Shown one piece after another: positions 19,300-29,162 of a stretch of DNA of 64,000 nucleotides. This stretch comes from an uncultured Pseudomonadales bacterium (GTDB lineage Bacteria; Pseudomonadota; Gammaproteobacteria; Pseudomonadales; Pseudohongiellaceae). Each line of letters starts with the position of its first letter. The stretch's first letter is position 1. Position numbers and translations under genes: made by a program. The notes under the pieces were generated by a model that did no database searches, was not told where the DNA came from, and saw only the letters and a program-made list of their open reading frames with translations. Location of the stretch: assembly GCA_938091935.1 (NCBI GenBank), contig CALKNV010000035.1, forward strand, positions 684-64,683. Direction: 5' to 3'.

Positions 19300-22128
19300 C
19301 TAGCTAACCAGCAACTTCTTCAGGAATTTTCCGGTGTGGGAGCCTCGTGTCTTCGCAATCTGTTCTGGCGTGCCTTCTGCGATAATCTGGCCGCCACCGC
19401 TGCCGCCTTCAGGGCCGAGATCCACAACCCAATCCGCCGTCTTGATGACGTCCAGATTATGCTCGATAACGACGATGGTGTTGCCCTGGTCGCGCAGGTG
19501 ATGCAGCACGGCAAGCAGCTGCTTGATGTCTGCAAAGTGGAGACCGGTGGTGGGTTCGTCAAGGATATACAGCGTTTTGCCGGTGTCGCGTTTGGAGAGC
19601 TCCCGCGACAGTTTCACCCGCTGCGCCTCGCCGCCTGACAGCGTGGTGGCGGACTGGCCCAGACAGATATACGACAGCCCCACTTCCACCAGGGTTTGGA
19701 GTTTGCGAGCGATAGCTGGCACTGCATCGAAAAACTCGCGAGCGTCCTCAATCGTCATCTCCAGCACTTCGTTGATGTTCTTGCCCTTGTAGGTGACTTC
19801 CAAAGTTTCCCGGTTGTAACGTTTGCCGCGGCAGACATCGCAGGCCACATAGACATCGGGCAGAAAGTGCATCTCCACTTTAACTACGCCGTCACCTTGA
19901 CAGGCTTCGCACCGACCGCCCTTCACGTTGAAGGAAAAGCGCCCTGGTTTGTAGCCACGAGTGCGGGCTTCCTGGGTGCCGGCAAAGAGTTCGCGCACTG
20001 GCGTGAAAATGCCGGTGTAAGTGGCGGGGTTGGAGCGTGGCGTGCGGCCGATGGGGCTCTGGTCAATATCTACCACCTTGTCCAAATGCTGCAGTCCATC
20101 GAGATCTTCATAGGGTGCCGGGTTAAGCGTCGTCGCCTTATTCAGTTTGGTGGCGGTGATTGGGTACAGAGTGTTGTTTATCAGGGTCGACTTGCCAGAA
20201 CCGGACACACCGGTTACGCAAGTGAAAAGCCCAATAGGAATGCTCACGTTAACATTCTGCAGGTTATTACCGTTGGCACCATGCAGCTCGAGCAGTCGAT
20301 CTTCAGCACGTGGGTGGCGCTCCTTGGGAACAGCAATACTCTCCTTGCCCGACAGGTATTTGCCGGTGAGGGAGTTACGTGACTTTTTGATTTTGTCGAG
20401 CGACCCTTCTGCCACGATATTGCCGCCGTGCACGCCAGCACCTGGGCCGATGTCTATGATGTGATCTGCGCTGGTAATGGCTTCCTCGTCATGTTCCACC
20501 ACGATCACCGTGTTGCCCAGGTCCCGCAGGTGAAACAGGGTGTTCAAGAGACGCGTGTTGTCACGTTGATGCAGTCCGATGGAAGGTTCATCAAGGATGT
20601 ACATAACGCCCACCAGTCCGGCGCCGATCTGGCTGGCCAGGCGAATGCGCTGGGCCTCACCTCCTGAGAGTGTGTCGGCACTCCGACTCAGGGTCAGGTA
20701 GTTTAGTCCCACGTCCACCAGGAATTTCAGGCGATCCTGCAGCTCCTTCAATACCTTCTCAGCGATCTTGGCCTGTTTGCCCTTCAATTTGAGTTGAGCA
20801 AAGTATTCCGACGCATTGGAAACCGTCATTTCGGTGATGCTGGGCAGGTTGGCGCCCTTGATAAGAACAAAGCGCGCATCTTTTCGCAGGCGTGTGCCCT
20901 CACAATCAGGGCAGGATTGTGAGCTCATGTACTTGGCCAGATCCTCGCGCACCATAGAGGATTCTGTCTCGCGAAAACGCCGCTCCATGTTGGGTAGAAT
21001 CCCTTCAAAGGGCCAGCTGCGGGTATAGGTATTGCCGCGGTCATTGACATAACGGAACTCGATGACTTCTTTGCCGCTACCGTGAAGTATGACCCCCTGG
21101 TATTTTTTCGGCAGCTTGTTAAATGGTGTTTCAATGGCAAAGCCATAATGGTCAGCTACCGAGGTGAGCATCTGGAAGTAGAAAATATTGCGCCGGTCCC
21201 ATCCGCGGATCGCGCCTTCAGGCAACGCCAGGGTCTCATCGGTGATCACGCGCTGTTCATCAAAGAATTGCTTCAGGCCCAGGCCGTCGCAAGTTGAGCA
21301 GGCGCCAGCCGGGTTGTTAAATGAGAACAGCCTTGGCTCCAATTCAGAGATACTGTGGCCGCACTTGGGGCACGCAAACAGTGAAGAGAACACCATGTCT
21401 TCCTCACCATCTTTATCCATGTATGCCACCATGGCGAGTCCATCGGCGAGTTGGATCGCAGTCTCAAAGCTCTCCGCCAGGCGCTGCTCCAGCCCAGGCT
21501 TTATCTTGATGCGGTCCACGACGACATCGATGGAGTGTTTCTTGTTTTTTTCCAACTCAGGCGGGTAGTCGATCTCGCACACCAGGCCGTCCACCCGTGC
21601 CCGAATGAAGCCGCTGGTTCGCAATTCATTGAATACGTGAAGGTGCTCACCCTTGCGCTCACGCACAATAGGCGCCAATACCATTACCCGGGTGTCCTCT
21701 GGCAGGGCCATCACCTGGTCGACCATCTGGCTGACAGTCTGGGCTTCCAACTTGGTGTTGTGCTCCGGACAGTGTGGTTCACCCACCCGGGCAAACAGCA
21801 GCCTCAGGTAGTCGTATATCTCGGTAATGGTGCCAACAGTGGAGCGAGGATTGTGGGAGGTAGACTTTTGCTCGATTGAGATCGCAGGCGATAGGCCTTC
21901 GATATGGTCGATGTCCGGCTTCTCCATCATCGACAGGAACTGTCGTGCATAGGTTGAGAGCGACTCGACGTAGCGGCGCTGACCTTCGGCATAGAGGGTA
22001 TCGAAAGCCAGGGAGGATTTACCGGAACCAGATAAACCGGTAATCACGACCAGCTTGTCGCGGGGAATCGTGAGATTGATATTCTTCAGATTGTGGGTGC
22101 GGGCACCCCTTACTACGATCTTATCCAT
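19300..22128 (-). CDS. uvrA: excinuclease ABC subunit A
   Basis: [17 protein letters not shown], two Walker A motifs ([22 protein letters not shown]) and zinc-finger cysteines; 942 aa. The track ORF extends to 22407, but that extension covers a REP hairpin and is not UvrA-like. Confidence 0.97.
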   Translation of the reverse strand: MDKIVVRGARTHNLKNINLTIPRDKLVVITGLSGSGKSSLAFDTLYAEGQRRYVESLSTYARQFLSMMEKPDIDHIEGLSPAISIEQKSTSHNPRSTVGTITEIYDYLRLLFARVGEPHCPEHNTKLEAQTVSQMVDQVMALPEDTRVMVLAPIVRERKGEHLHVFNELRTSGFIRARVDGLVCEIDYPPELEKNKKHSIDVVVDRIKIKPGLEQRLAESFETAIQLADGLAMVAYMDKDGEEDMVFSSLFACPKCGHSISELEPRLFSFNNPAGACSTCDGLGLKQFFDEQRVITDETLALPEGAIRGWDRRNIFYFQMLTSVADHYGFAIETPFNKLPKKYQGVILHGSGKEVIEFRYVNDRGNTYTRSWPFEGILPNMERRFRETESSMVREDLAKYMSSQSCPDCEGTRLRKDARFVLIKGANLPSITEMTVSNASEYFAQLKLKGKQAKIAEKVLKELQDRLKFLVDVGLNYLTLSRSADTLSGGEAQRIRLASQIGAGLVGVMYILDEPSIGLHQRDNTRLLNTLFHLRDLGNTVIVVEHDEEAITSADHIIDIGPGAGVHGGNIVAEGSLDKIKKSRNSLTGKYLSGKESIAVPKERHPRAEDRLLELHGANGNNLQNVNVSIPIGLFTCVTGVSGSGKSTLINNTLYPITATKLNKATTLNPAPYEDLDGLQHLDKVVDIDQSPIGRTPRSNPATYTGIFTPVRELFAGTQEARTRGYKPGRFSFNVKGGRCEACQGDGVVKVEMHFLPDVYVACDVCRGKRYNRETLEVTYKGKNINEVLEMTIEDAREFFDAVPAIARKLQTLVEVGLSYICLGQSATTLSGGEAQRVKLSRELSKRDTGKTLYILDEPTTGLHFADIKQLLAVLHHLRDQGNTIVVIEHNLDVIKTADWVVDLGPEGGSGGGQIIAEGTPEQIAKTRGSHTGKFLKKLLVS

Positions 22129-22240
22129 GAAAATCTCACGCGCTGAGCCAAACGAACCATTATCGGATCCTTTGTTTACGAGAGTAAAGTCGAGATGGTT
22201 TTTAATCTGTGGATAAAGCGAGCGAATCGAAGTTTTCCTG

Positions 22241-22286
22241 CTGGACCCGCCGTGAGCCCCCAGGGAGGGGTTTACGGCGGGTCCGG
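22241..22286. repeat. REP-like repeat, short palindromic copy C
   Basis: ctGGACCCGCCGTGAGCCCCcagggaGGGGTTTACGGCGGGTCCgg: two inverted copies of the core module GGACNCGCCGTRARCCC shared with copies A and B. Confidence 0.8.
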
Positions 22287-22471
22287 AATATCGCCGGCAC
22301 AGCGCGTAGCCATCACATTTGAAGAGAGATCGACTTATCAAACGGAAATTTCCCGAGTTCGTATCGTTCACCATTAGAAGCAAAGAGATTTCAGCGGAAA
22401 ATTCCACTTAATCAGATTGATGGTATAGACTTGCGGGGTTTCCGAAATAAAAGTCAGCTAGGGAGAAAAGT

Positions 22472-22933
22472 GTGGCAAGTCGCGGTGTAAATAAAGTAAT
22501 TCTCGTCGGTAATCTGGGTAATGATCCTGAGGTCAGGTATATGCCAAATGGCAATGCTGTGGCTAATGTCTCTCTGGCAACCAGCGAGACCTGGAAGGAC
22601 AAGAATACCGGCGACCAGCAGGAAAAAACTGAGTGGCACCGGGTGGTATTTTTCAATCGGCTGGCGGAAATTGTGGAGCAGTATGTCAAGAAAGGCACCA
22701 AGCTCTATATTGAAGGTCGACTGCAGACACGTTCCTGGGAACAGGACGGCGTGAAGCGCTACACCACTGAGATTGTGGCTAATGAAATGCAGATGCTGGA
22801 TTCTCGTGGTGGCGCTTCGCAGGATTTTGGTGGACAGCAGGCGTCAGCGCCGGCCCCACAGTCCAATCAGCAGCAAGCCGCGCCTGCGGCACCGCAGAAT
22901 TTCGATAACTTCGACGACGATATTCCCTTCTAG
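22472..22933 (+). CDS. ssb: single-stranded DNA-binding protein
   Basis: Contains [21 protein letters not shown], a Gly/Gln-rich tail and a C-terminal DDDIPF. It uses a GTG start and is divergent from uvrA. Confidence 0.97.
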   Translation: MASRGVNKVILVGNLGNDPEVRYMPNGNAVANVSLATSETWKDKNTGDQQEKTEWHRVVFFNRLAEIVEQYVKKGTKLYIEGRLQTRSWEQDGVKRYTTEIVANEMQMLDSRGGASQDFGGQQASAPAPQSNQQQAAPAAPQNFDNFDDDIPF

Positions 22934-23013
22934 AGACTCATAGCCAGCTTGCTCACCGTCAGCGGCGGGCGAGCGCCAGGTGCCTGTTACCTAATCTGTT
23001 TTTATTTAACGAG

Positions 23014-23031
23014 TCAGCTGTCGACAGCTGA
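23014..23031. repeat. perfect 18-bp palindrome TCAGCTGTCGACAGCTGA
   Basis: Read directly. It lies 80 nt downstream of the ssb stop and about 100 nt upstream of the next gene. Confidence 0.9.
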
Positions 23032-23133
23032 TTACCTGTGCCGAGGGCCCGGGCACTTGACTTGTGTCGGGCTTTGCCTGAAGTTAGAAAGTTCGAACTA
23101 GCTAACTCACTGATTTGAGGATGTATTCTACAG

Positions 23134-24084
23134 ATGCGGTTGTTCATCGCCGGGGCGAATAGTCCGACCGGCAAAGATCTCACCGAAATTTTGCGGCGCC
23201 GCAAGATTCGTTTCATGGCGCCCCCGGATAAGCACTTTGATCCGGATAATGGTGTGGCTATTGCCAAGATGGTGACGGATTACGCACCCACCCAACTGAT
23301 TAATCTTACCGACTTCATATCAGGTAACCACAGCGCACTGAAGCGCGCGGAATCGGCGGTGGATCGCTGTCACAAGGTGAATGCGGAGCTGCCTGGAACC
23401 CTCGCCGAAATTTGCAATCATCTGAATGTGCCGATGCTGCACCTGTCCACTCCCTATGTCTTTGATGGCGGCAAACGCCTCGCTTACAACGAAAGTGACG
23501 ACACCAACCCGCGGGGCGTATATGGGCTTTCCTCGCTGGCGGGAGAGCAGGCCGTGCGGCAGCATAATGCCCACATCATACTGCGACCGGGGTGGCTCTT
23601 CGGTAAGCGGAAGCGCGGACTTATCAAGTCCTGGATTCGAACTGCGATCAAGAATCGGGGTGAAGTTCAGGTCACCAAGCGGCGCTTTAGTCCGACCCAC
23701 ACCGGGGACATGGCTGCTGCAATTATCGCAGTTGCCCAGCAGGTAGATTGTGAAGCCAATGTATGGGGAACCTATAACTACAGCGGGCTAGAGACCAAGG
23801 AAGAGGCCGAGTTTGCGGAATTAACCCTGAAGTATGCGGCTAATTACGATGAGGAAATCTACCAGCTGCTGGACACCATGCGCTTCATCGGGCGCGAGGC
23901 GCGGGCGCCAGAGATTCGCAATTCCACAATGTCCAGTAAGAAGATTTTTGACACTTTTGGCATCAAACAAAAATCCTGGCGCGGCCATCTGCAGGATGTT
24001 GTGAAACTCCTCTACGGCGACAGGGGTGGCTATGTCAAACAGACCCAGGACGACGGTGACTCCGCTGAGACCAATGCAGCTTGA
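23134..24084 (+). CDS. RmlD-like NAD(P)-dependent sugar-nucleotide reductase/epimerase family protein
   Basis: Rossmann N-terminus MRLFIAGANSPTGKDL, plus LSTPYVFDG and NPRGVYGLSSLAGE (YxxxK-region-like). Confidence 0.65.
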   Translation: MRLFIAGANSPTGKDLTEILRRRKIRFMAPPDKHFDPDNGVAIAKMVTDYAPTQLINLTDFISGNHSALKRAESAVDRCHKVNAELPGTLAEICNHLNVPMLHLSTPYVFDGGKRLAYNESDDTNPRGVYGLSSLAGEQAVRQHNAHIILRPGWLFGKRKRGLIKSWIRTAIKNRGEVQVTKRRFSPTHTGDMAAAIIAVAQQVDCEANVWGTYNYSGLETKEEAEFAELTLKYAANYDEEIYQLLDTMRFIGREARAPEIRNSTMSSKKIFDTFGIKQKSWRGHLQDVVKLLYGDRGGYVKQTQDDGDSAETNAA

Positions 24085-24142
24085 GGTAGCAACTGTCAGT
24101 CACTAACCTTAAAATCCCTCAGCGGAAAAGAAGAGTAACAAG

Positions 24143-25375
24143 ATGTCCCCGAGCCATCCTGGCAAGCCACTAACACCCATCGAAGCAGCAATTCCGCCGC
24201 TGCTACAGTCCCTGCCGCAGATGCTGGAAATCGAGACGGTTCCCCTGGAGCAGGCTTTAGGGAGAATCCTTGGTAGCGATGTGACTGCGCCGATAAACGT
24301 GCCGCCATATGCCAACAGCGCGATGGATGGCTATGCACTAAGGGCCGCAGATAGTCAGAGTGCACAAAGTTTAGTGCGGGTTAGTCAACGCATTGCTGCT
24401 GGCCAGGTAGGTGAACCACTCCAGGCCGGCACTGCGGCGCGCATCTTCACCGGGGCACCGCTGCCGCCGGGCGCGGATGCTGTGGTTATGCAGGAAAACA
24501 CCCGTGCTGAAGATGACGCTATCAGCATCCTACAGGCAGTGGATCCGGGCGAGAATGTGCGCGCTGCGGGTGAAGATATTGCTGCTGGCGCGAAGCTGTT
24601 TGGCGAAGGGCGCCGCTTGCGTCCCCAGGATATCGGTGTGCTGGCCTCCGTGGGTTCCACCCAGGTGACGGTGAGAAGAGCATTAAGGGTAGCTCTGCTG
24701 GTTACTGGTGATGAATTGGTGCCACCTGGCACTGAATTAAAGCCAGGCCAAATCTATAATTCCAATAACTATACTATCGCGGCATTGCTCAGGAATCTTG
24801 GCGCGGAAGTCATAGAAATGGGTGTGGTTGATGATGAATTTAATACCACCCGAAACGTATTGAAAACCGCCGCCGAACAGGTAGATGTCATCATCAGTAC
24901 AGGCGGGGTGTCCGTCGGCGAAGAAGACCACGTCAAACCCGCGGTGGAATCCCTGGGTGGTCTGGATATGTGGAAGCTCGCCATCAAACCGGGTAAGCCC
25001 TTTGCCAGTGGCAAGGTATGCGGTAAACAATTCTTCGGCTTGCCGGGAAATCCGGTATCGGCGTTTGTCACCTTCGTGCTGCTGGTGCGCCCGGCTCTAT
25101 TGTCCATGCAGGCCTGTGATCGGCCTTTCTCTGATTGGATTGATGTGCCTGCTGGTTTCGACCGAGCCCAGTGCGGCGAGCGCCAGGAATACATCCGGGT
25201 GACGCTGGGCCGAAATCCAGGAGACGGTTTGAGTCTGCAAGCTTACGACAACCAGAGTTCGGGAGTTGGTGCTTCCCTCAGTGTTGCTGATGGTCTTGCC
25301 ATCATTCCGCCCCATACTGCGGTAGCAGAAGGTGATAAACTTCGCTATCTATCCTTTGCGGAGCTCATTAACTGA
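24143..25375 (+). CDS. moeA: molybdopterin molybdotransferase
   Basis: Contains ANSAMDGYALRA, RIFTGAPLPPGADAVVMQE, ISTGGVSVGEEDH and PGNPVSAFVTF. Confidence 0.9.
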   Translation: MSPSHPGKPLTPIEAAIPPLLQSLPQMLEIETVPLEQALGRILGSDVTAPINVPPYANSAMDGYALRAADSQSAQSLVRVSQRIAAGQVGEPLQAGTAARIFTGAPLPPGADAVVMQENTRAEDDAISILQAVDPGENVRAAGEDIAAGAKLFGEGRRLRPQDIGVLASVGSTQVTVRRALRVALLVTGDELVPPGTELKPGQIYNSNNYTIAALLRNLGAEVIEMGVVDDEFNTTRNVLKTAAEQVDVIISTGGVSVGEEDHVKPAVESLGGLDMWKLAIKPGKPFASGKVCGKQFFGLPGNPVSAFVTFVLLVRPALLSMQACDRPFSDWIDVPAGFDRAQCGERQEYIRVTLGRNPGDGLSLQAYDNQSSGVGASLSVADGLAIIPPHTAVAEGDKLRYLSFAELIN

Positions 25376-25389
25376 GTATCGGCGACAAC

Positions 25390-26136
25390 ATGAAATCAGG
25401 CGGTATTCCCAGACTGTCGTTGCGCTTGCTCGCCGTGGTGGGCCTCGGCCTCCTGCTGGTCGCTTGTGCGACGGAAACGCCGGAGCCAGAAACTGCTGCG
25501 GAGACAGAGCGGGCCGTCCAGATCCGGACTCTTTCCGAGGCCGAGGTGATTCGTGGCGCGGGCGCTAGCGGCAGCCCACGCATGATTGCCGATTTGCTGT
25601 TTGCTGCATTACAGGCCCTGGACGCGGATCGCCTGCTGACGCCGATGAATGACAACGCCCACGACCGGTTTCAGCGTGTGCTCTCATTCGATCCTGATAA
25701 TGCAATTGCTCTCGGAGGCCTCGAGGATATCGTGCTGCGCTATGTCGAATTGGCGCATGACGCCAGCCGTCAGGGGCTGTTTGAGGAAGCGGAGACTCTG
25801 TTGGGCAGGGCACGCTATGTCAATCCGGCCCATCCTGCCATCGCCGAGGCTTTCGATCTACTGCAAGCCGAGAAAGATTCCGGCGATCTGTTCTTTGAGT
25901 TAAATGCTGGTGAGCTTGCACAGCGCTCTGAGGCGATCCAGCAAGAGATTGCTGCTATTGCAGAGCAGGCTCGAGAGAACGAAGCATTTTTCCTTATTAC
26001 CGCGCCGAGTGATGACCTGGCCCGCTGGATATTCAGAGTGATGCGTGAGGCGGTATCCGGCTATCGCTTGCGTGGCAATATCGAGTTAGCCAGTCGCAGT
26101 GGTGTGCGCTTACGATTGCCAGAAACCGAGGACTGA
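25390..26136 (+). CDS. hypothetical lipoprotein
   Basis: Lipobox LLLVAC follows a basic N-terminus. The gene starts 14 nt after moeA. Confidence 0.6.
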   Translation: MKSGGIPRLSLRLLAVVGLGLLLVACATETPEPETAAETERAVQIRTLSEAEVIRGAGASGSPRMIADLLFAALQALDADRLLTPMNDNAHDRFQRVLSFDPDNAIALGGLEDIVLRYVELAHDASRQGLFEEAETLLGRARYVNPAHPAIAEAFDLLQAEKDSGDLFFELNAGELAQRSEAIQQEIAAIAEQARENEAFFLITAPSDDLARWIFRVMREAVSGYRLRGNIELASRSGVRLRLPETED

Positions 26137-26191
26137 TGCGGCTCCACATTGGGTTCATCAACCATTTGCCCTTTGCAACGAGTAACTGATT

Positions 26192-27241
26192 ATGTTCGAT
26201 AAGTTAAAGCAGGGTTGGACCAGCTTCATGACATTGGTCACACCGGGTGAGAATAGTGCGGGATGGCGCCGCGCAATCCTCACTGGCATGGGGTTCCTGA
26301 TAATCCTGATCCTGCTGGTCGGGATGTATTGGAGCAATGAGCCAGCGGAATTCGATGTCAGGGTAAACGCACAGGCGAAGCTTGCCAGCTCAGGTCTCGA
26401 AACAGTTCCCGGCGCTATCACTACCTCGGCCTTGATCAGAGTGGCAGAAACCTTGCTAGACAAGCCGGGAGGATACCTCACCAATGATGTTATGCCACCT
26501 GGGCTATATCTGGACAATATCCCGAACTGGGAATTTGGCGCCCTGGTCCAGGTCAGGGATCTGTCGCGTTCATTTCGGGAAGATTTCAGCCGCTCACAAT
26601 CCCAGTCCACTGAAGACCCTGACCTGATCATTGCTGAGCCTAATTTTAACTTCAATAGTGATAGTTGGTTGTTTCCACCCACCGAGTCTGAGTATCGCGA
26701 GGCAATCGAGCGGGTGGACTCTTATTTGCTGCGAATTTCCGACCCCGCGAATGTGGATGCGCAGTTTTTTGCTCGCGCCGATAACCTGGCGTCATGGTTG
26801 CTCAATGTCGAGTCGCGGCTGGGTAGCTTGTCTCAGCGCCTCAGCGCCAGTGTGGGGCAGGCCCGAATCAACACTGACATAGCGGGAGAGTCTGCGGCAG
26901 TGCAGTCCACGCCCACCAGTGCTGAAGTGGAAGTGCGAACGCCCTGGTTAGAGATTGATGATGTGTTTTACGAGGCCAGAGGCGCGACCTGGGCACTGAT
27001 GCATTTTCTGCGTGCGATCGAAGTGGACTTCGAAGAAGTGCTGGTAGACAAGAACGCCATGGCAAGCCTGCGTCAGATCATCAGGGAATTAGAGGCCAGC
27101 CAGCGCACTGTGTTTTTTCCTGTCATTCTCAACGGCTCCGGCTTCGGTATTTTTGCGAATCACTCACTCACCATGGCCAACTATGTGTCGCGTGCCAACG
27201 CCGCGATTATTGATTTGGGCAACTTGCTGGCCCAGGGATAG
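26192..27241 (+). CDS. DUF2333-family membrane-anchored protein
   Basis: One N-terminal TM segment, plus YWSNEPAEFDV and LLDKPGGYLTNDVMPPGLYLDNIPNWEFG, which are typical of DUF2333. Confidence 0.7.
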   Translation: MFDKLKQGWTSFMTLVTPGENSAGWRRAILTGMGFLIILILLVGMYWSNEPAEFDVRVNAQAKLASSGLETVPGAITTSALIRVAETLLDKPGGYLTNDVMPPGLYLDNIPNWEFGALVQVRDLSRSFREDFSRSQSQSTEDPDLIIAEPNFNFNSDSWLFPPTESEYREAIERVDSYLLRISDPANVDAQFFARADNLASWLLNVESRLGSLSQRLSASVGQARINTDIAGESAAVQSTPTSAEVEVRTPWLEIDDVFYEARGATWALMHFLRAIEVDFEEVLVDKNAMASLRQIIRELEASQRTVFFPVILNGSGFGIFANHSLTMANYVSRANAAIIDLGNLLAQG

Positions 27242-27302
27242 GGAAAGACTTGTACTCTTTCAAGATTGCGACTCGGCCGCTTCTGCGGGAGCGATTGACT
27301 AG

Positions 27303-29018
27303 TTGAAACAAACCGGCACTCTCACTCGTTTCATTCCCATTCTGCGCTGGCTGCCTCGATACAATAAGGTCAAACTGGCCGATGACATGGTGGCTGCGGT
27401 TATCGTTGCCATCATGTTGATTCCCCAAGCCCTGGCTTATGCCCTGGTGGCCGGTATGCCGGCTGAAACCGGTCTGTACGCGAGCCTGTTTGGCCTTACG
27501 GTTTACTGTGTGTTCGGCACCAGCAATACCCTTTCCGTTGCGCCCGTCGCGGTCGTGTCATTGATGACCGCAGCGGCGCTGGCCAAACTGGAGTTGAGCG
27601 GCGTCAGTCAATATACCTCAGCGGCATTTGCGCTGACGTTCCTGTCTGGTGCTTTCCTGCTGGTGCTCGGGTTGTTGCGTCTCGGCTTCATGGCAAACTT
27701 CATTTCCCATCCTGTGATCAGCGCTTTTATCACGGCATCGGCAGTTATCATTGTCATCAGTCAGGTGCGTCTTCTGCTGGGTGTTGAGGCGGCAGGGCAA
27801 TCAGTGTTGGAACTGGTTCCATCGCTGCTGTTCGCCGTACCCGAAACCAATATGATCACTCTGACTCTTGGTCTTGCCTCCATTACGGGCATCCTGTGGT
27901 GTAAGCGCGGGCTTGCGACATGGCTGCTGCGGCGTGGCGTTTCTGCGTCTTTGGCCGGCACTCTGTCGCGCGCGGGTCCAGTGCTGGTCGCCGTACTTGC
28001 AGCCCTGCTCGCTTTCTTGTTCCGCCTTGATGAACGTGGCGTGCAGTTGTTGGGCGATGTACCCGCAGGTTTGCCGGACCTGCAGTTGCCTGCCTTTACC
28101 GTGGAACAGTTGCGGGGGCTATTAGGATCAGCGGTATTGATCGCCATTATCGGTTTTGTGGAGTCAATCTCCGTCGCTCAGGTCATGGCGGCCAAACGTC
28201 GCGAGCGGATTGACCTTGACCAGGAGCTAGTAGGGTTGGGGGCGGCTAACATGGTGGTGTCCGCTGGCGGCGGCTTTCCTGTAAGCGGTGGGTTTTCCCG
28301 TTCCATAGTGAATTTCGAGGCCGGAGCGGCAACACCTGCGGCCGGTGCGTTTGCCGCGATCCTCATAGCAATCGTGGCGCTATTCCTGACCCCAGCTCTG
28401 TTCTGGTTGCCGCGGGTTTGCCTGGCGTCGATCATTTTGGTCGCAGTCTACCCGCTGCTGGATTTTTCCATGCTGGGTAAATCCTGGCGTTACTCCAAGG
28501 CTGACTTTGTCGCCGTGGCTTTAACCTTATTACTGACGCTTGCGATTGGTGTCGAAATAGGTGTTGCCACTGGTGTGTTGGTTTCAATATTGATTCACTT
28601 GTATAAGGAATCCAAACCCCATGTTGCCGTAGTTGGGCGAATCGAGGGCACAGAGCATTTTCGCAGTATTAATCGTCATAAAGTCGAGACTTTTGAGAAC
28701 CAGCTTTCAATTCGAATTGATGAGAGTCTTTATTTTGCTAACACGCGTTACCTGGAAGAACTGGTCTTTGAACTGGTGGCGGACAAGCCGAAGTTGGAAC
28801 ATGTCGTGTTGATGTGTGCAGCAGTAAACCGCATAGATCTCAGTGCCCTGGAGACGCTGGTGAAAATTAATGAAACCCTTTCCGGGATGGGAATCAAGCT
28901 CCACCTGTCGGAGGTCAAGGGTCCCATTATGGACCGCCTTGCGACAACGGGTTTCTTCAAGTCACTGTCTGGCAATAACTATCTTAGCCATAACGAGGCA
29001 GTAGAGGACTTACGCTAA
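27303..29018 (+). CDS. SulP-family anion transporter with C-terminal STAS domain
   Basis: The N-terminus reads LPRYNKVKLADDMVAAVIVAIMLIPQALAYALVAGMP, followed by multiple TM segments and a STAS-like tail. TTG start. Confidence 0.9.
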   Translation: MKQTGTLTRFIPILRWLPRYNKVKLADDMVAAVIVAIMLIPQALAYALVAGMPAETGLYASLFGLTVYCVFGTSNTLSVAPVAVVSLMTAAALAKLELSGVSQYTSAAFALTFLSGAFLLVLGLLRLGFMANFISHPVISAFITASAVIIVISQVRLLLGVEAAGQSVLELVPSLLFAVPETNMITLTLGLASITGILWCKRGLATWLLRRGVSASLAGTLSRAGPVLVAVLAALLAFLFRLDERGVQLLGDVPAGLPDLQLPAFTVEQLRGLLGSAVLIAIIGFVESISVAQVMAAKRRERIDLDQELVGLGAANMVVSAGGGFPVSGGFSRSIVNFEAGAATPAAGAFAAILIAIVALFLTPALFWLPRVCLASIILVAVYPLLDFSMLGKSWRYSKADFVAVALTLLLTLAIGVEIGVATGVLVSILIHLYKESKPHVAVVGRIEGTEHFRSINRHKVETFENQLSIRIDESLYFANTRYLEELVFELVADKPKLEHVVLMCAAVNRIDLSALETLVKINETLSGMGIKLHLSEVKGPIMDRLATTGFFKSLSGNNYLSHNEAVEDLR

Positions 29019-29162
29019 GTGACAAGAGCTTGATGCAAAAACAGTGCTGCGAGCATCATTGGGTGCGGCAGGCATTCAGGGCATATAGGTTTTGGCTAAC
29101 CCCGAATTGCAACGGGGTCGGCCAATTCTAATGTCTTAATTAGAAGAAGGTAAAAAAGTGAT

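Noticed and set aside
22129-22407. 93-codon N-terminal extension of uvrA in the ORF track
   Set aside because: The conserved UvrA N-terminus begins at [16 protein letters not shown] (ATG 22128). The extension runs through the REP-like hairpin and has no UvrA similarity.
22129-22471. Expected LexA box in the uvrA-ssb divergent region
   Set aside because: I checked every CAG for a CTG 13 nt upstream and found no CTG-N10-CAG or CTGT-N8-ACAG element. It is reported as an absence, not as a feature.
29092-29125. Interrupted hairpin TTGGC-ta-ACCCCG-aattgcaa-CGGGGT-cg-GCCAA between the convergent SulP and oxidoreductase genes
   Set aside because: It is plausibly a terminator-like structure, but it lacks a U-run on either strand. 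Confidence is too low to call it as a feature.
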